Positions 26,936 to 37,275 of a stretch of DNA of 64,000 nt are shown here, piece after piece (positions within the stretch are counted from its first letter, which is position 1; every line of letters begins with the position of its first letter). The notes beneath the pieces were generated by a model. That model saw nothing but the letters and a program-made list of their open reading frames with translations, was not told the DNA's origin and did no database searches. Source of the stretch: Candidatus Latescibacterota bacterium. GTDB lineage: Bacteria > Latescibacterota > UBA2968 > GCA-2709665. The stretch lies in the NCBI GenBank assembly GCA_965205485.1, contig OZ242180.1, forward strand, positions 4,544,001 through 4,608,000, given 5' to 3'. The position numbers were made by a program, and so were the translations under genes.

Positions 26936-29620
26936 TCATGACATGACGGCTGCGAGATTTTCGTTCAACCTGCCCAGCGCGCTCGAATACTCCGCGTGAC
27001 GTCCCTTTTCCCTGACGATCACCTCGGGAGGCGCATTGTTCAGGAAGCCTGAGTTACTGAGTTTCCTGTCAAGTCCGCCCACCAGCCGCTCCAGCTTTTC
27101 GATCTCCTTTTGCAGACGCTGGCGCTCGACCTCCAGATCGATGAGACCCTGCAGGGGCACAAAGACCTCGACGTCCTTCAACACGGCGCTTGCAGAAGCC
27201 ACAGGCCTGACGATGTCCGCCCCGATACGAAGGTCCGCAACCCTGGCAAGCGTTTTGAGATAGTCCTTTAAACGGGTCAGGACGTCTCCGACTTCGTGCG
27301 AACTCACCTTCAGGAGGACGTCCGCGCGTCTGCCAGGCGGCACCCGCATCGTGCCTCGAATATTCCGTACCGCACCCACCACCGCCTGCAGGAGCGCCAT
27401 CTCCCGTTCCGCCGTTTCATCAAACCGGCCCGGGTCCGCCTCAGGCCACTTTGCGACAATCAGCGCCGTTCCCGAATGCGGAAGGTGCTGCCACAGCGCT
27501 TCAGAGATGAACGGCGCCATCGGATGCAGCAATCGTAGCGATCCCTCCAGTACGTGGACGAGCACGCGCCGCGTCGTCGTCATCGCTTCCGGTGCGCCTC
27601 CGTTCAGCCGGACCTTGGCAATCTCGAGATACCAGTCGCAAAACGCATTCCACACGAATTCATAGAGGGTCCTGGATGCTTCGTCAAACCGATAGGCCTC
27701 CAGAGACGCCGTCACGGCGTGTACCGTTCGGTTGTACTGGCTGAGAATCCATCGATCCGCCGCGTCGTCGCCGGGCGACGGCGGCGATGTGCCCGCGAGG
27801 TCGTATCCATCCAGGTTCATCCGAACAAACCGCGCTGCGTTCCAGACCTTGTTGCAGAAATTCCTGCAGGACTCCGTTATGGGTGAATCCTGCAAGCGGT
27901 TATCCACGACGTCGGCGTCAAAACGAATGTCCTGCGAACTGCCGCACTGGTAGAGCAGGGACAGACGCGTCGCGTCGGCTCCGTATCGTTCGATCAGTTC
28001 CCTGGGATCGATCCCGGTACCCAGCGACTTGCTCATTCGCTTGCCGTCACGCGTCTGGACGGTCGGATGCACCAGAACCGTTCCAAAAGGGATCTCATCC
28101 ACGAACTCGACGGCCGTCATGATCATCCGCGCCACCCACAGGTAGAGGATATCCCTGCCGGTTATCATCAGGTCGGTTGGATGGAACTCTTTCAGATCTT
28201 CGGCCTGCTCCGGCCATCCGAGGGTGGCGAAGGGCCAGAGGGCCGAAGAGAACCAGGTATCCAGGACGTCGGGATCCTGCACAAGGGTCCGGCCGTCGCA
28301 CGCGTCACAGACTGCGGGCGTATCCACACGAACCAGCATCTCCCCGCAGTCCTCGCAGGTCCACACCGGAATGCGGTGTCCCCACCAGATCTGACGGGAG
28401 ATGCACCAGTCCTGGATATTTTCGAGCCAATCGATGGAATACGCCCGGAATCGATCCGGCACGTACCTGATCTTCCGTTTTCTCAAGGAGGGCTGTGCCT
28501 GGCTCGCCAGGGACTTCATGGCCAGAAACCACTGGTCCATGGGCAGCGGCTCGATGGAGGTGCCGCATTTGTCGTGGTGAGGCACGATGTGCTGGTAATC
28601 CTCGATTCGCTCGAGAAGTCCGGATTCCTTCAGGGCCGAAATCACCGCTTTTCGGCAGGCGAACCGGTCCATACCCCTGAATGAACCGGCATCCCCGGTC
28701 ATCTCTCCGCCGAATCCGATGACCTGTATCTCCGGCAACCCATGTCGCAATCCGATTTCGTAGTCGTTCGGATCGTGCGCGGGGGTCACCTTGACCGCAC
28801 CGCTACCCATCTCCGGATCCGCGTAGCTGTCGCCAACGATGGGGATCGGACGATCCATCAGCGGCAGCATGACGCGTTTGCCGATTGCCCGCTGCCAGCG
28901 CCGGTCTTCCGGATGAACCGCCACACCGGTGTCGCCCAGCATCGTCTCCGGGCGCGTCGTTGCAACCACCACGTCGGGCCCGCCATGCAGGCCAGGATAC
29001 CGGATATGCCAGAGGTGTCCCTCGTTTTCCCGGTCCTCCACCTCGAGGTCCGAGATAACGGTGCCGCACCTTGGACACCAATTCACCATACGCTTGCCTC
29101 GGTAGATCCATCCCCTCTCATAAAACTTCACAAAGGCGGACAGAACCGCGCGGGCGTATCCGTTCTCCATTGTGTACCGTTCACGGCCCCAGTCATAGCT
29201 GCAACCCATTTCACGGAGCTGGTTCAGAATGGTACCTCCGTACTCCTGTTTCCAGGCCGCGATTCGCTTTAACATCTCGTCCCGGCCGACATCGTGGCGT
29301 CCCTTTCCTTCTTCCTCGAACAACTGTTGTTCCACCTTCATCTGGGTCGCAATGCCGGCGTGGTCGGTGCCGGGCAGGCAGAGCGTTCGATGCCCCTGCA
29401 TGCGCTTCCATCGCACCACTGCATCATGGATCGCATGCTGAAGCGCATGCCCCATATGAAGCTCTCCCGTGACGTTCGGCGGGGGAATCGTGACAGAAAA
29501 CGGCTTGCCCCCGTTCCGATATTCCGGCTTGAAAAAGCCTTTTTTCTCCCAGAAGGCGTACCAGGTCCTTTCGACAGTCCCCGGATCATATTGTTTTTCA
29601 AACACGGCCTGATCTCGCAT
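26936..29620 (-). CDS. valS: Valine--tRNA ligase
   Basis: PPPNVTGELHMGH, DHAGIATQ, DWCISRQIWWGH, RMSKS and a C-terminal coiled-coil arm. Confidence 0.97.
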   Translation of the reverse strand: MRDQAVFEKQYDPGTVERTWYAFWEKKGFFKPEYRNGGKPFSVTIPPPNVTGELHMGHALQHAIHDAVVRWKRMQGHRTLCLPGTDHAGIATQMKVEQQLFEEEGKGRHDVGRDEMLKRIAAWKQEYGGTILNQLREMGCSYDWGRERYTMENGYARAVLSAFVKFYERGWIYRGKRMVNWCPRCGTVISDLEVEDRENEGHLWHIRYPGLHGGPDVVVATTRPETMLGDTGVAVHPEDRRWQRAIGKRVMLPLMDRPIPIVGDSYADPEMGSGAVKVTPAHDPNDYEIGLRHGLPEIQVIGFGGEMTGDAGSFRGMDRFACRKAVISALKESGLLERIEDYQHIVPHHDKCGTSIEPLPMDQWFLAMKSLASQAQPSLRKRKIRYVPDRFRAYSIDWLENIQDWCISRQIWWGHRIPVWTCEDCGEMLVRVDTPAVCDACDGRTLVQDPDVLDTWFSSALWPFATLGWPEQAEDLKEFHPTDLMITGRDILYLWVARMIMTAVEFVDEIPFGTVLVHPTVQTRDGKRMSKSLGTGIDPRELIERYGADATRLSLLYQCGSSQDIRFDADVVDNRLQDSPITESCRNFCNKVWNAARFVRMNLDGYDLAGTSPPSPGDDAADRWILSQYNRTVHAVTASLEAYRFDEASRTLYEFVWNAFCDWYLEIAKVRLNGGAPEAMTTTRRVLVHVLEGSLRLLHPMAPFISEALWQHLPHSGTALIVAKWPEADPGRFDETAEREMALLQAVVGAVRNIRGTMRVPPGRRADVLLKVSSHEVGDVLTRLKDYLKTLARVADLRIGADIVRPVASASAVLKDVEVFVPLQGLIDLEVERQRLQKEIEKLERLVGGLDRKLSNSGFLNNAPPEVIVREKGRHAEYSSALGRLNENLAAVMS

Positions 29621-29656
29621 TCGGGTAACCCGTTCCTTTACCAGATGAGGATTCAA

Positions 29657-29869
29657 GAAGCTGTTTTAAAAATTCCCAGCGGTCTTCGCACGGCTGCAAA
29701 AGCGCCGGTCGGCGTTGGTCAAACTCACCCAAGAGTGGCGAGGGGCGCGCAGCCACGATACATTGAATATGGGCGGGTTTTCCCGTCGGCGCTGCGCGCC
29801 CCTCGCGCCTCATAACCGACGCTTTTTCGCTCGCACTCGGGAACTCACCGGTAATTTTAAAACAGCTTC
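29657..29869 (-). mobile_element. MITE family A, copy 3 (213 bp, long variant, inverted)
   Basis: Same terminal repeats; exact 3-bp direct repeat CAA/CAA. Confidence 0.85.
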
Positions 29870-29913
29870 CAAGCAGATTGTATTTTCGGATACCGCCCGT
29901 TTCCGGAAAGTTC

Positions 29914-30696
29914 TCAGCTGCCGTACGGCGCGGATGGCGATTCCGCGGCCAACAGCCGATTCAAAAAGTCCAGTGACTTGACCTGGCCCCGGTTTTCAAT
30001 GTGGCGCCACAGGAAGCCGCGCAGCACGCGTCGCGCTTCGCCGGTATCAACCCCCCGGAAACCCCCGTCGTCGATCCGGTCCGCACGCGCCGTCTGAAGG
30101 TGTTCCAGGTATCGAACGGTCGCCAGTTTAACGTCGATGCCCCCACGATCGCAACGGCGGCAGACCGTACCGCCGCGCCCCGCGTCGAAGCAGGCCGTGT
30201 CGCCGGTAATCCGCGCGCCGCACGCGACACATCCGTTAAGATGAGGACGATATCCCAGCATCGCCGCCGCCTTCAGTTGAAAATACCAGAACGGCAATTC
30301 AACCGACGCTTCCTCGACCGTTTCCATCCATCGCAGGGAGTCCAGGGTGACGCTGCACAGGAGTGAGTTCGGATCTTCTTCCGGCGTCAGACGATCCAGC
30401 AGGTCGCAAACGGCGCTTGCGTAAGCAAGACGCCGGTAAACCCGTTTCAGGCCCTCGAAGGCATACAGGATATCGCCCTCGCTCAGCGTCTGCAGGTCTC
30501 TGTTTTCCCGGCTGTAATAAACATACGTTCCCCACGTAATCGGTTCCACGCTGGCGCCGAACTTACTCCTGGGACGACGGGCGCCCCTGGCCACAACCTT
30601 CACCTTGCCGGCGTTCCGGGTATAGATGACCACCACCTTGCTGCTCTCGCTCATCCGGTACCCGCGTAGAACCAGCCCTTCGGTCTTCGAAATCAT
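29914..30696 (-). CDS. recO: DNA repair protein RecO
   Basis: KTEGLVLR..ESSKVV..YT..AGK..ARGARRPRSKF; CxxC/CxxC zinc finger. Confidence 0.93.
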   Translation of the reverse strand: MISKTEGLVLRGYRMSESSKVVVIYTRNAGKVKVVARGARRPRSKFGASVEPITWGTYVYYSRENRDLQTLSEGDILYAFEGLKRVYRRLAYASAVCDLLDRLTPEEDPNSLLCSVTLDSLRWMETVEEASVELPFWYFQLKAAAMLGYRPHLNGCVACGARITGDTACFDAGRGGTVCRRCDRGGIDVKLATVRYLEHLQTARADRIDDGGFRGVDTGEARRVLRGFLWRHIENRGQVKSLDFLNRLLAAESPSAPYGS

Positions 30697-31040
30697 TTCC
30701 CGGTTTCCGGCGTCGGATCCGGCGTACCCGGGTACACCATATAGACGGTTTCGTTCTCTTTGACCATGCCGTACCGCTCCCGTGCGATTTTCTCGATGAT
30801 CGCCAGGTCATTCTTCAGCATTTCGACCTCGGCCACCAACCGGAGGTTTTCCGCACTCTCGGTTTCATTCTCTCGACGCATCGCCTCGATCTGTCTGCTC
30901 CGCTCCCGAATCTGCAGATAGCCGCTGTCTCCGGCGAAAAACAGGTAGACGAACCACAGGGCCGGCAGCATCCACAGAAATCGATACATCCGCCTGCGCG
31001 GTGCATTCAGGAAATCCCGTTTAACTCGATAGAATCTCAT
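30693..31040 (-). CDS. ftsB: Septum formation initiator (FtsB/DivIC)
   Basis: One transmembrane helix, a coiled coil, and IEKIARERYGMVKENE. Confidence 0.85.
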   Translation of the reverse strand: MRFYRVKRDFLNAPRRRMYRFLWMLPALWFVYLFFAGDSGYLQIRERSRQIEAMRRENETESAENLRLVAEVEMLKNDLAIIEKIARERYGMVKENETVYMVYPGTPDPTPETGK

Positions 31041-31120
31041 TCCGAAAACCCTGAGTTAAGACAGTGCCGCCCTGGAACACACGGCGAAGCAACGGTGTTC
31101 GGGCGGGAAACACCCCCATT

Positions 31121-32329
31121 CTAAAGCACCACAAGATCGTCCCGGTGAACCACCTCTCCTCCGGCTTCCACATCCAGAATTGAAACCACCTCGCCGGTTG
31201 ACCTGCCCAATATCCGCTGCACGTCGGCCGAACCGTACTTGACCACGCCGCGTGCGACCTCCATCCGACGCCGGTCCTCGACGGCGATCAATTCTCCGGC
31301 CTCGAAGGCGCCTTCCACTCTCAGGATGCCCGAAGGCAAGAGGCTCTTGCCGCGTTTCACGATTGCCTCCACGGCGCCGTCGTCGATGATCACGGCGCCG
31401 TTGCGACGTGAATTGGCAATCCAGACCTTTCGACCCGGCAGCGGTTCCCTCGCGGCGAGAAACAACGTGCCCGCAGGCGCGCCGGCGAGGATCCGGCTCA
31501 ATCCGATCTTGTGCCCGTTTGCGATTACCGCCAGCCTGCCTCCCCGCGTCACGCTCTGCGCCGCCTCCAGCTTTGAACGCATACCGCCCAGGCTCACGCG
31601 GCTGCCGGCTCTCCCGGCCCTTTCGAACATTTCGGGGCGTATCTCCTCAACCCGCGATATGAGGCGCGCGTCCGTGCGGCGGTCCGGATCTTCAGAAAAG
31701 AAACCGTCGACGTCGGTCAGGATAACGAGAAGGTCGGCGTCGATCAGATGCGCAACCAGCGCGGAAAGTCGGTCGTTGTCGCCAACCGAAAGCTGGAGTT
31801 CCTCGACGGCGACACTGTCGTTCTCGTTCAGCACCGGAACGGCGCCGAACCGGAACAGCGTATCCAGCGTATTCCTCGCATTGACGTATCGGCGCCGGTT
31901 GTCCAGATCGTCCGCGGTCAGAAGGACCTGCCCGACAGGGACGTCATGGGTCCTGAACGCGAGCTTGTAGGCGTTCATCAACAGACCCTGGCCGACGGCC
32001 GCGGTTGCCTGCAGCGCCGACAGCCGCCGCGGCCTCTCCTCCAGGCCCAGCCGTCCCATTCCGGCGCCAACCGCGCCGGACGATACGACGGCAACCTGTA
32101 TTCCCGTGCGCCGCAATGCGGCCACGTCCGCGGCCAGGCGCTCGATCAACCCTGAATTCAGGCTGTGATCCTTCTGCGTGACCAGGCGCGTGCCAAGCTT
32201 CAGCACGACACGACGAACCCCTTCGAACAGCGCCTGTCGTTCAGGACAGGTCCGGTTCGGATCGGAATTTCGCGCCTTTCCGTCCCCGGCTCGGACCTCT
32301 CCCGACCCGTTCGTCGGCTTGCAATCCAT
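31121..32329 (-). CDS. proB: Glutamate 5-kinase with PUA domain
   Basis: VVLKLGT, VSSGAV, NENDSV, GDNDRLSA, GGMRSK, HRDDLV. Confidence 0.96.
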   Translation of the reverse strand: MDCKPTNGSGEVRAGDGKARNSDPNRTCPERQALFEGVRRVVLKLGTRLVTQKDHSLNSGLIERLAADVAALRRTGIQVAVVSSGAVGAGMGRLGLEERPRRLSALQATAAVGQGLLMNAYKLAFRTHDVPVGQVLLTADDLDNRRRYVNARNTLDTLFRFGAVPVLNENDSVAVEELQLSVGDNDRLSALVAHLIDADLLVILTDVDGFFSEDPDRRTDARLISRVEEIRPEMFERAGRAGSRVSLGGMRSKLEAAQSVTRGGRLAVIANGHKIGLSRILAGAPAGTLFLAAREPLPGRKVWIANSRRNGAVIIDDGAVEAIVKRGKSLLPSGILRVEGAFEAGELIAVEDRRRMEVARGVVKYGSADVQRILGRSTGEVVSILDVEAGGEVVHRDDLVVL

Positions 32330-33117
32330 TACAGATCCACCCTTACCCGCGGGCGCACGCAGACGCCCCGACCGGCGAGGTACGATTTTACCTGGGGAAT
32401 GCTGTATTGGCGATAATGAAAAATCGATGCCGCCAGAGCCGCGCTGGCCTTGCCCTCCTGAAGCACCCGGTACATGTGCTCAGGTCCTCCCGAACCCCCT
32501 GAAGCCACGATCGGCACGTCCACAAGTTCCGCCACGGCGCGGTTCAACTCGATGTCGTAACCCTCTCGCGTTCCATCTGCGTCGATGCTGTTCAACACAA
32601 GCTCCCCCGCGCCTCTGTCGACCAATTCCATCGCCCACGCCAGGGCGTCCCTGCCCGTGGACGTCCTGCCGCCGTCGATCATGACTTCCCATTCCGGCTT
32701 CCCTGCCGGGTCGCCGCGTCGTACGGCATCGACGGATCCGACGATCGCCTGTGCACCGAAACGTGCCGCACCCCGGGTAATCAGATCCGGTGAACGAATC
32801 GCGGCCGAATTGATGGACGCCTTTTCGGCGCCGCCCTCGATGATCGTGCAGATGTCGTCAAACGTCCGCACGCCGCCGCCCACCGTGAACGGGATAAACA
32901 CCTGTTCCGATACTTGACGGACGAGATCGGTGACGATGTCCCGCTTTTCCGCCGACGCCGTAATATCGTAAAAGACGAGTTCGTCCGCGCCTTCCTCGTC
33001 GTACCGGCGGGCCAGCTCAACAGGGTCTCCGGCGTCGCGGTCGGCCGAGAACTTCACACCGCGCACGTTCCGGCCGTTCTTGACGTCCAGACAGGGAATG
33101 ATGCGTTTCGCTAACAT
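32329..33117 (-). CDS. hisF: Imidazole glycerol phosphate synthase cyclase subunit
   Basis: MLAKRIIPCLDVKNG, GADELVFYDITAS, SIDADGT, ASGG, AASIFH. Confidence 0.97.
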   Translation of the reverse strand: MLAKRIIPCLDVKNGRNVRGVKFSADRDAGDPVELARRYDEEGADELVFYDITASAEKRDIVTDLVRQVSEQVFIPFTVGGGVRTFDDICTIIEGGAEKASINSAAIRSPDLITRGAARFGAQAIVGSVDAVRRGDPAGKPEWEVMIDGGRTSTGRDALAWAMELVDRGAGELVLNSIDADGTREGYDIELNRAVAELVDVPIVASGGSGGPEHMYRVLQEGKASAALAASIFHYRQYSIPQVKSYLAGRGVCVRPRVRVDL

Positions 33118-33716
33118 ACCCGCTCCGCAAAATTCTTCAGGATGCGCAGTCCCAGATCCTGGCTCTTCTCTGGATGAAACTGAATCCCGTAGGTCGCCCC
33201 CCGGCCCGCGATCGACGTGTAATCGAGCGCGTAATCGGTGGTTGCCACGCAATCGGATTCCAATTCGGCATCAACGTAGTATGAATGTACGAAATAGAAG
33301 AACGCTTCATCCGGTATACCCGCAAGAAGCGGAGTCTGCTTCTGAATCCGAATCTGGTTCCATCCGATCTGAGGCACCCGCACCCCGTCCGGGAACCGGC
33401 GAACCGATCCGGGCAGAACGCCAAATCCGCGGTGGCGGCCCATCTCGCTGCTTTCGGAAAACAGAAGTTGAAGACCAACGCAGATTCCGAGGAATGGCCG
33501 ACCGCTGGAAATCGAACGCTTCAGAGGTTCCACCAGTCCCGCCGTCTTCAGATTCACCATCGCGTCTCCGAAGGCGCCGACGCCGGGCAACACCACGCGG
33601 TCGGCACGGTCCACGTCTTCCGGTCGATCCGTAATCGCCGCGGCGTGTCCGACACGCTCAAACCCCTTTTGTACGCTGCGCAGATTGCCTATGCCACAGT
33701 CCACAATCACAATCAT
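33111..33716 (-). CDS. hisH: Imidazole glycerol phosphate synthase amidotransferase subunit
   Basis: GNLRSV, LPGVGAF, GICVG, YFVHSY, QFHPEKS. Confidence 0.97.
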   Translation of the reverse strand: MIVIVDCGIGNLRSVQKGFERVGHAAAITDRPEDVDRADRVVLPGVGAFGDAMVNLKTAGLVEPLKRSISSGRPFLGICVGLQLLFSESSEMGRHRGFGVLPGSVRRFPDGVRVPQIGWNQIRIQKQTPLLAGIPDEAFFYFVHSYYVDAELESDCVATTDYALDYTSIAGRGATYGIQFHPEKSQDLGLRILKNFAERVC

Positions 33717-33762
33717 CACGACCTCCGACCGGAACCCCGCACAGTGTTCTGCCCCGGAGACA

Positions 33763-34596
33763 TCAAAGCGAGGTTCCCAGCTCCTCGGAACGCCGGGTCG
33801 CGGCTTCCACCGCCTTCATCAGCGCGGCCCGTAGTCCCCCGGTTTCCAACGCCTGCAGTCCGGCGATGGTGGTACCGCCGGCGGACGTTACCTGGTCTTT
33901 CAACACCGCCGGGTGCTGCCCGCTCTCGATCACCATCTTTGCACCGCCGAATACCGTTTCCGCGGCCAGTTTGAGCGCAACGGGCCTGGGAATTCCCATC
34001 CTGACGCCCCCGTCGGCCAGTGCATCGATCATCACGTACACAAAGGCAGGGCCGCTGCCTGAAAGCCCGGTAACCGCATCCATCTGCGCTTCGCCCAGGC
34101 GGACGGACGCGCCGACCGACTCCAGAATGGCCTCGGCAGCAGCCAAATGTGCGTCCCGTGCGAATCGGCCGGGGCAGATCGCCGTGACGGACGCGCGGAT
34201 CTGTGCGAGGATATTCGGCATCGCCCGCACAACTGGGACTCGCCCGCCCAGAACCTCCTCAATCGCCCCGGTCCGTACGCCGCCCATGATGGAAATCACC
34301 AGCTGCCGCCCGGTAAGCAGCGCTGCCAGCGGCGCAACGACCGACGCCCAGACCTGGGGCTTCAATCCGAGCACCACCACGTCCTGCCGGGCAGCGGCCG
34401 CGGAGACGTCGCGGACGGTATTGACACCCAGGGTCCGCCGGTGAGACGCCAGCAATTCATCGTCGATATCCACCGCCGTCACCCGTTCCGGCGGCACGGC
34501 GCCGGATTGCACCAGCCCCGCGATCAAGGCGCCGCCCATATTCCCGGCCCCGATGAAGGCGACGTGTTTGTCCCTTAATTCATCCATACCATGCAT
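33763..34596 (-). CDS. proC: Pyrroline-5-carboxylate reductase
   Basis: FIGAGNMG, RAMPN, TGLSGSGPA, VTSAGGTT. Confidence 0.96.
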   Translation of the reverse strand: MHGMDELRDKHVAFIGAGNMGGALIAGLVQSGAVPPERVTAVDIDDELLASHRRTLGVNTVRDVSAAAARQDVVVLGLKPQVWASVVAPLAALLTGRQLVISIMGGVRTGAIEEVLGGRVPVVRAMPNILAQIRASVTAICPGRFARDAHLAAAEAILESVGASVRLGEAQMDAVTGLSGSGPAFVYVMIDALADGGVRMGIPRPVALKLAAETVFGGAKMVIESGQHPAVLKDQVTSAGGTTIAGLQALETGGLRAALMKAVEAATRRSEELGTSL

Positions 34597-34644
34597 TCCG
34601 ATCCGGAGTCCTGTTCCGTGGCCCGGCCTCTACAATGAGCGGGT

Positions 34645-35574
34645 TCACTGATAGACATAGGTCAGCCAGCCGTGCCGGTCCTCCGCCTCGCCCCACACAA
34701 CGCCGAAATACGCGTCCTGAAGAGCCTTTGTGACGGGTCCGCGCGTCCCTTCACCGACTGGAATGTGATCAATTCGTGCGATTGGCGTCACTTCCGCCGC
34801 GCTGCCGGTAAAGAAGACTTCGTCGGCGATGTACAGCGACTCCCTGGGTATGTCGCGCTGGGTTACCGAGTAGCCAAGATCGCGCGCCAGCGTAATGACC
34901 GTGTGACGGGTAATTCCCGGCAGAATCGACGATCCGGTGGAGGGGGTGTAAATCGCGCCGTTCTTTACCATGAAGATGTTCTCTCCGCTTGCTTCGCTCA
35001 CGTGGCCCTGCGCATCCAGGGCGATTCCCTCGACGTATCCATCGGCAAGCGCCTCCAGCTTGATCAACTGCGAGTTCATGTAGTTGGCGCCGACCTTTGC
35101 AAGCGAAGGCATGGTGTTGGGCGCCAGCCGGTTCCACGAGGAAAAACGAACCTCGGCTCCCTTTTCCAGCGCCTCCTCGCCGAGATAGGCGCCCCATTCC
35201 CAAACCGCAATGACGACTTCCACGGGACAGGACGTGGGATCCACGCCCAGACTGTTGTATCCTCGAAAGATCACGGGTCGAACGTAACACCCCTGAAGTC
35301 CATTCGTACGGATAGACTCCAGAATAGCCCGGGAGATCTCCTCACGTTCATAAGGAATCGGCATCCGGTAGATCTTGGCTGAATCGTACAGACGATTCAC
35401 GTGGTCCGCCAAACGGAAACAGGCCGGTCCCCTTCGAGCATTGTAACATCGAACCCCCTCAAAAACACTGGATCCGTAGTGCACCACGTGAGACAGCACG
35501 TGGATCCTTGCGTCGTCCCAATCTACGAACGTTCCATTAAACCAGATCTTGTCCGCCTTAGGCATCGGAGGCAT
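34645..35574 (-). CDS. ilvE: Branched-chain amino acid aminotransferase
   Basis: [39 protein letters not shown]. Confidence 0.95.
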   Translation of the reverse strand: MPPMPKADKIWFNGTFVDWDDARIHVLSHVVHYGSSVFEGVRCYNARRGPACFRLADHVNRLYDSAKIYRMPIPYEREEISRAILESIRTNGLQGCYVRPVIFRGYNSLGVDPTSCPVEVVIAVWEWGAYLGEEALEKGAEVRFSSWNRLAPNTMPSLAKVGANYMNSQLIKLEALADGYVEGIALDAQGHVSEASGENIFMVKNGAIYTPSTGSSILPGITRHTVITLARDLGYSVTQRDIPRESLYIADEVFFTGSAAEVTPIARIDHIPVGEGTRGPVTKALQDAYFGVVWGEAEDRHGWLTYVYQ

Positions 35575-35676
35575 TTCTCTTCCCTCTCGGCTAGATGAAC
35601 GGATATGCCGCGGAAGACGCCCCGCGGACATATCGTCCCCATTCGGCAATCCGCGATGGTACGCGACACATGTCGG

Positions 35677-36510
35677 CTATCGGCTCCCGTGAAGCTGCCC
35701 GCTGAAATCGCAAGATGCCTTGAGCGCGCGGGAAATCCGCTCATATTCCGGTATGGAGACGGCTTCCGGCCGCAACCTGAAGTCGATTTCCGCCATTGCT
35801 CCCACGCGCTGCAGGATCTCCATCCGGCCATGCGCCATTCCCAGCAACGCGTTTTTCAGCATCTTCCGCCGCTGACCGAAAGCCGCACGGACCACGCGAA
35901 AGAAAAACCGCTCATCCTGAATACGGTAGCGGGTCTCCGTGTGGAAATCCAACCGTATCACGGACGAAAAGACCCCTGGCGCCGGGTGAAATACATCGGG
36001 GGCCAGGTCGAACAGCGTCTTCGGATCGGAATGCAACTGAACGGCAATAGACAGCACGCCATAGTCTCTGTTGCCCGGAGCGGCGACAATCCGTCGGGCA
36101 ACCTCCCGCTGAACGGTCAGAACGGCCCGTTTGAACCGGCACCGCGCATCCAGGATTCGCTGTATGACCGCGCCCGTAATGTAATACGGCAGGTTTCCCA
36201 CCAGAATCGCACGATCGAATCCTTCCCCGCGAATCAGATCGGAAAAGTCAACCGTCAGCACATCCTGATTGCGCAGATGCAGCCCGCGTCCGAAGCGGGA
36301 CCCCAGGAAATCACAGAGCGCCGCATCTCGCTCGATTCCGATGACTTTGCCCGATTGCGCCAACAGCCGGCCGGTCAGTGCGCCGCGGCCCGGACCGATT
36401 TCAACCACCAGGTCATCGGCCCGGACGCCTGCAGCCCTGACGATTCTCCGGACGACCCCGACGTCGGTCAGGAAATGCTGTGCAAGGCCCTTTTTAGGCT
36501 TGGTCATCAC
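35677..36510 (-). CDS. rsmA: 16S rRNA adenine dimethyltransferase KsgA
   Basis: PKKGLAQHFL, VEIGPGRGALT, GNLPYYIT, QREVA, FGQRRKML. Confidence 0.95.
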   Translation of the reverse strand: MMTKPKKGLAQHFLTDVGVVRRIVRAAGVRADDLVVEIGPGRGALTGRLLAQSGKVIGIERDAALCDFLGSRFGRGLHLRNQDVLTVDFSDLIRGEGFDRAILVGNLPYYITGAVIQRILDARCRFKRAVLTVQREVARRIVAAPGNRDYGVLSIAVQLHSDPKTLFDLAPDVFHPAPGVFSSVIRLDFHTETRYRIQDERFFFRVVRAAFGQRRKMLKNALLGMAHGRMEILQRVGAMAEIDFRLRPEAVSIPEYERISRALKASCDFSGQLHGSR

Positions 36511-37271
36511 ATCAATCCGAAAAGCCTGCGGGCATTCTCCGTGGTTCGGGCGGCGAGACCGTCCAGCGGCTCGTTCGCACGTCCGGCCAGGAATTCGGCA
36601 ATCTGCCGTACGTATGCCGGCTCATTTCGCCGACCTCTGTGCGGGACCGGCGCAAGATACGGACAATCGGTTTCCAGGAGGACACGATCGGGCGGAGTCT
36701 CCAGCGCCACGGACAACGCCGTGGAGCGATTGTACGTGACAGTCCCGCCGAATCCGAGATGGAACCCAAGGTCCACCGCCCGCTTCGCCTGGTCGGTACA
36801 GCCCCCGAAGCAGTGCAGCGCGCCGCCGGCCGCATTGCCGCCTTCCGCTTCGAGAATGTCCATCACCCTGTCCTCCGCGCCACGACTGTGGATCACAAGC
36901 GGAAGTCCTGTCTGCCGTGCCAGACGAATGTGGAACCGGAACATCCGTTCCTGAAGGGGCCGCGGCGCATAGTCCCGAAAGTAATCCAGACCCGTCTCGC
37001 CGACGGCCACAACCTTTCCGTTCAATGTCAGCCGCTTCAGCGCTTTCAATCCGTCCGCATCGGCCAGTTCGACGTCGTGTGGATGAAAACCCGCTGTCGC
37101 GTAGACCCCGTCATGGGACCGGGCGAGGTCCAGCGCGGTCCTGCTCACATCCAGATTCGTGCCGACGTTGACGATGATTCCGACCCCCGCCTTGCGGGCA
37201 CGCCGGATCGTCGCCTCCTTGTCGCCCTTGAACTGGGGGAAATTGAGATGGGCATGAGTATCGACGAACAT
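36507..37271 (-). CDS. tatD: TatD family hydrolase
   Basis: MFVDTHAHL, GFHPH, VGETGLDY, IHSR, HCF, ETDCPYL. Confidence 0.93.
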   Translation of the reverse strand: MFVDTHAHLNFPQFKGDKEATIRRARKAGVGIIVNVGTNLDVSRTALDLARSHDGVYATAGFHPHDVELADADGLKALKRLTLNGKVVAVGETGLDYFRDYAPRPLQERMFRFHIRLARQTGLPLVIHSRGAEDRVMDILEAEGGNAAGGALHCFGGCTDQAKRAVDLGFHLGFGGTVTYNRSTALSVALETPPDRVLLETDCPYLAPVPHRGRRNEPAYVRQIAEFLAGRANEPLDGLAARTTENARRLFGLM

Positions 37272-37275
37272 CCTC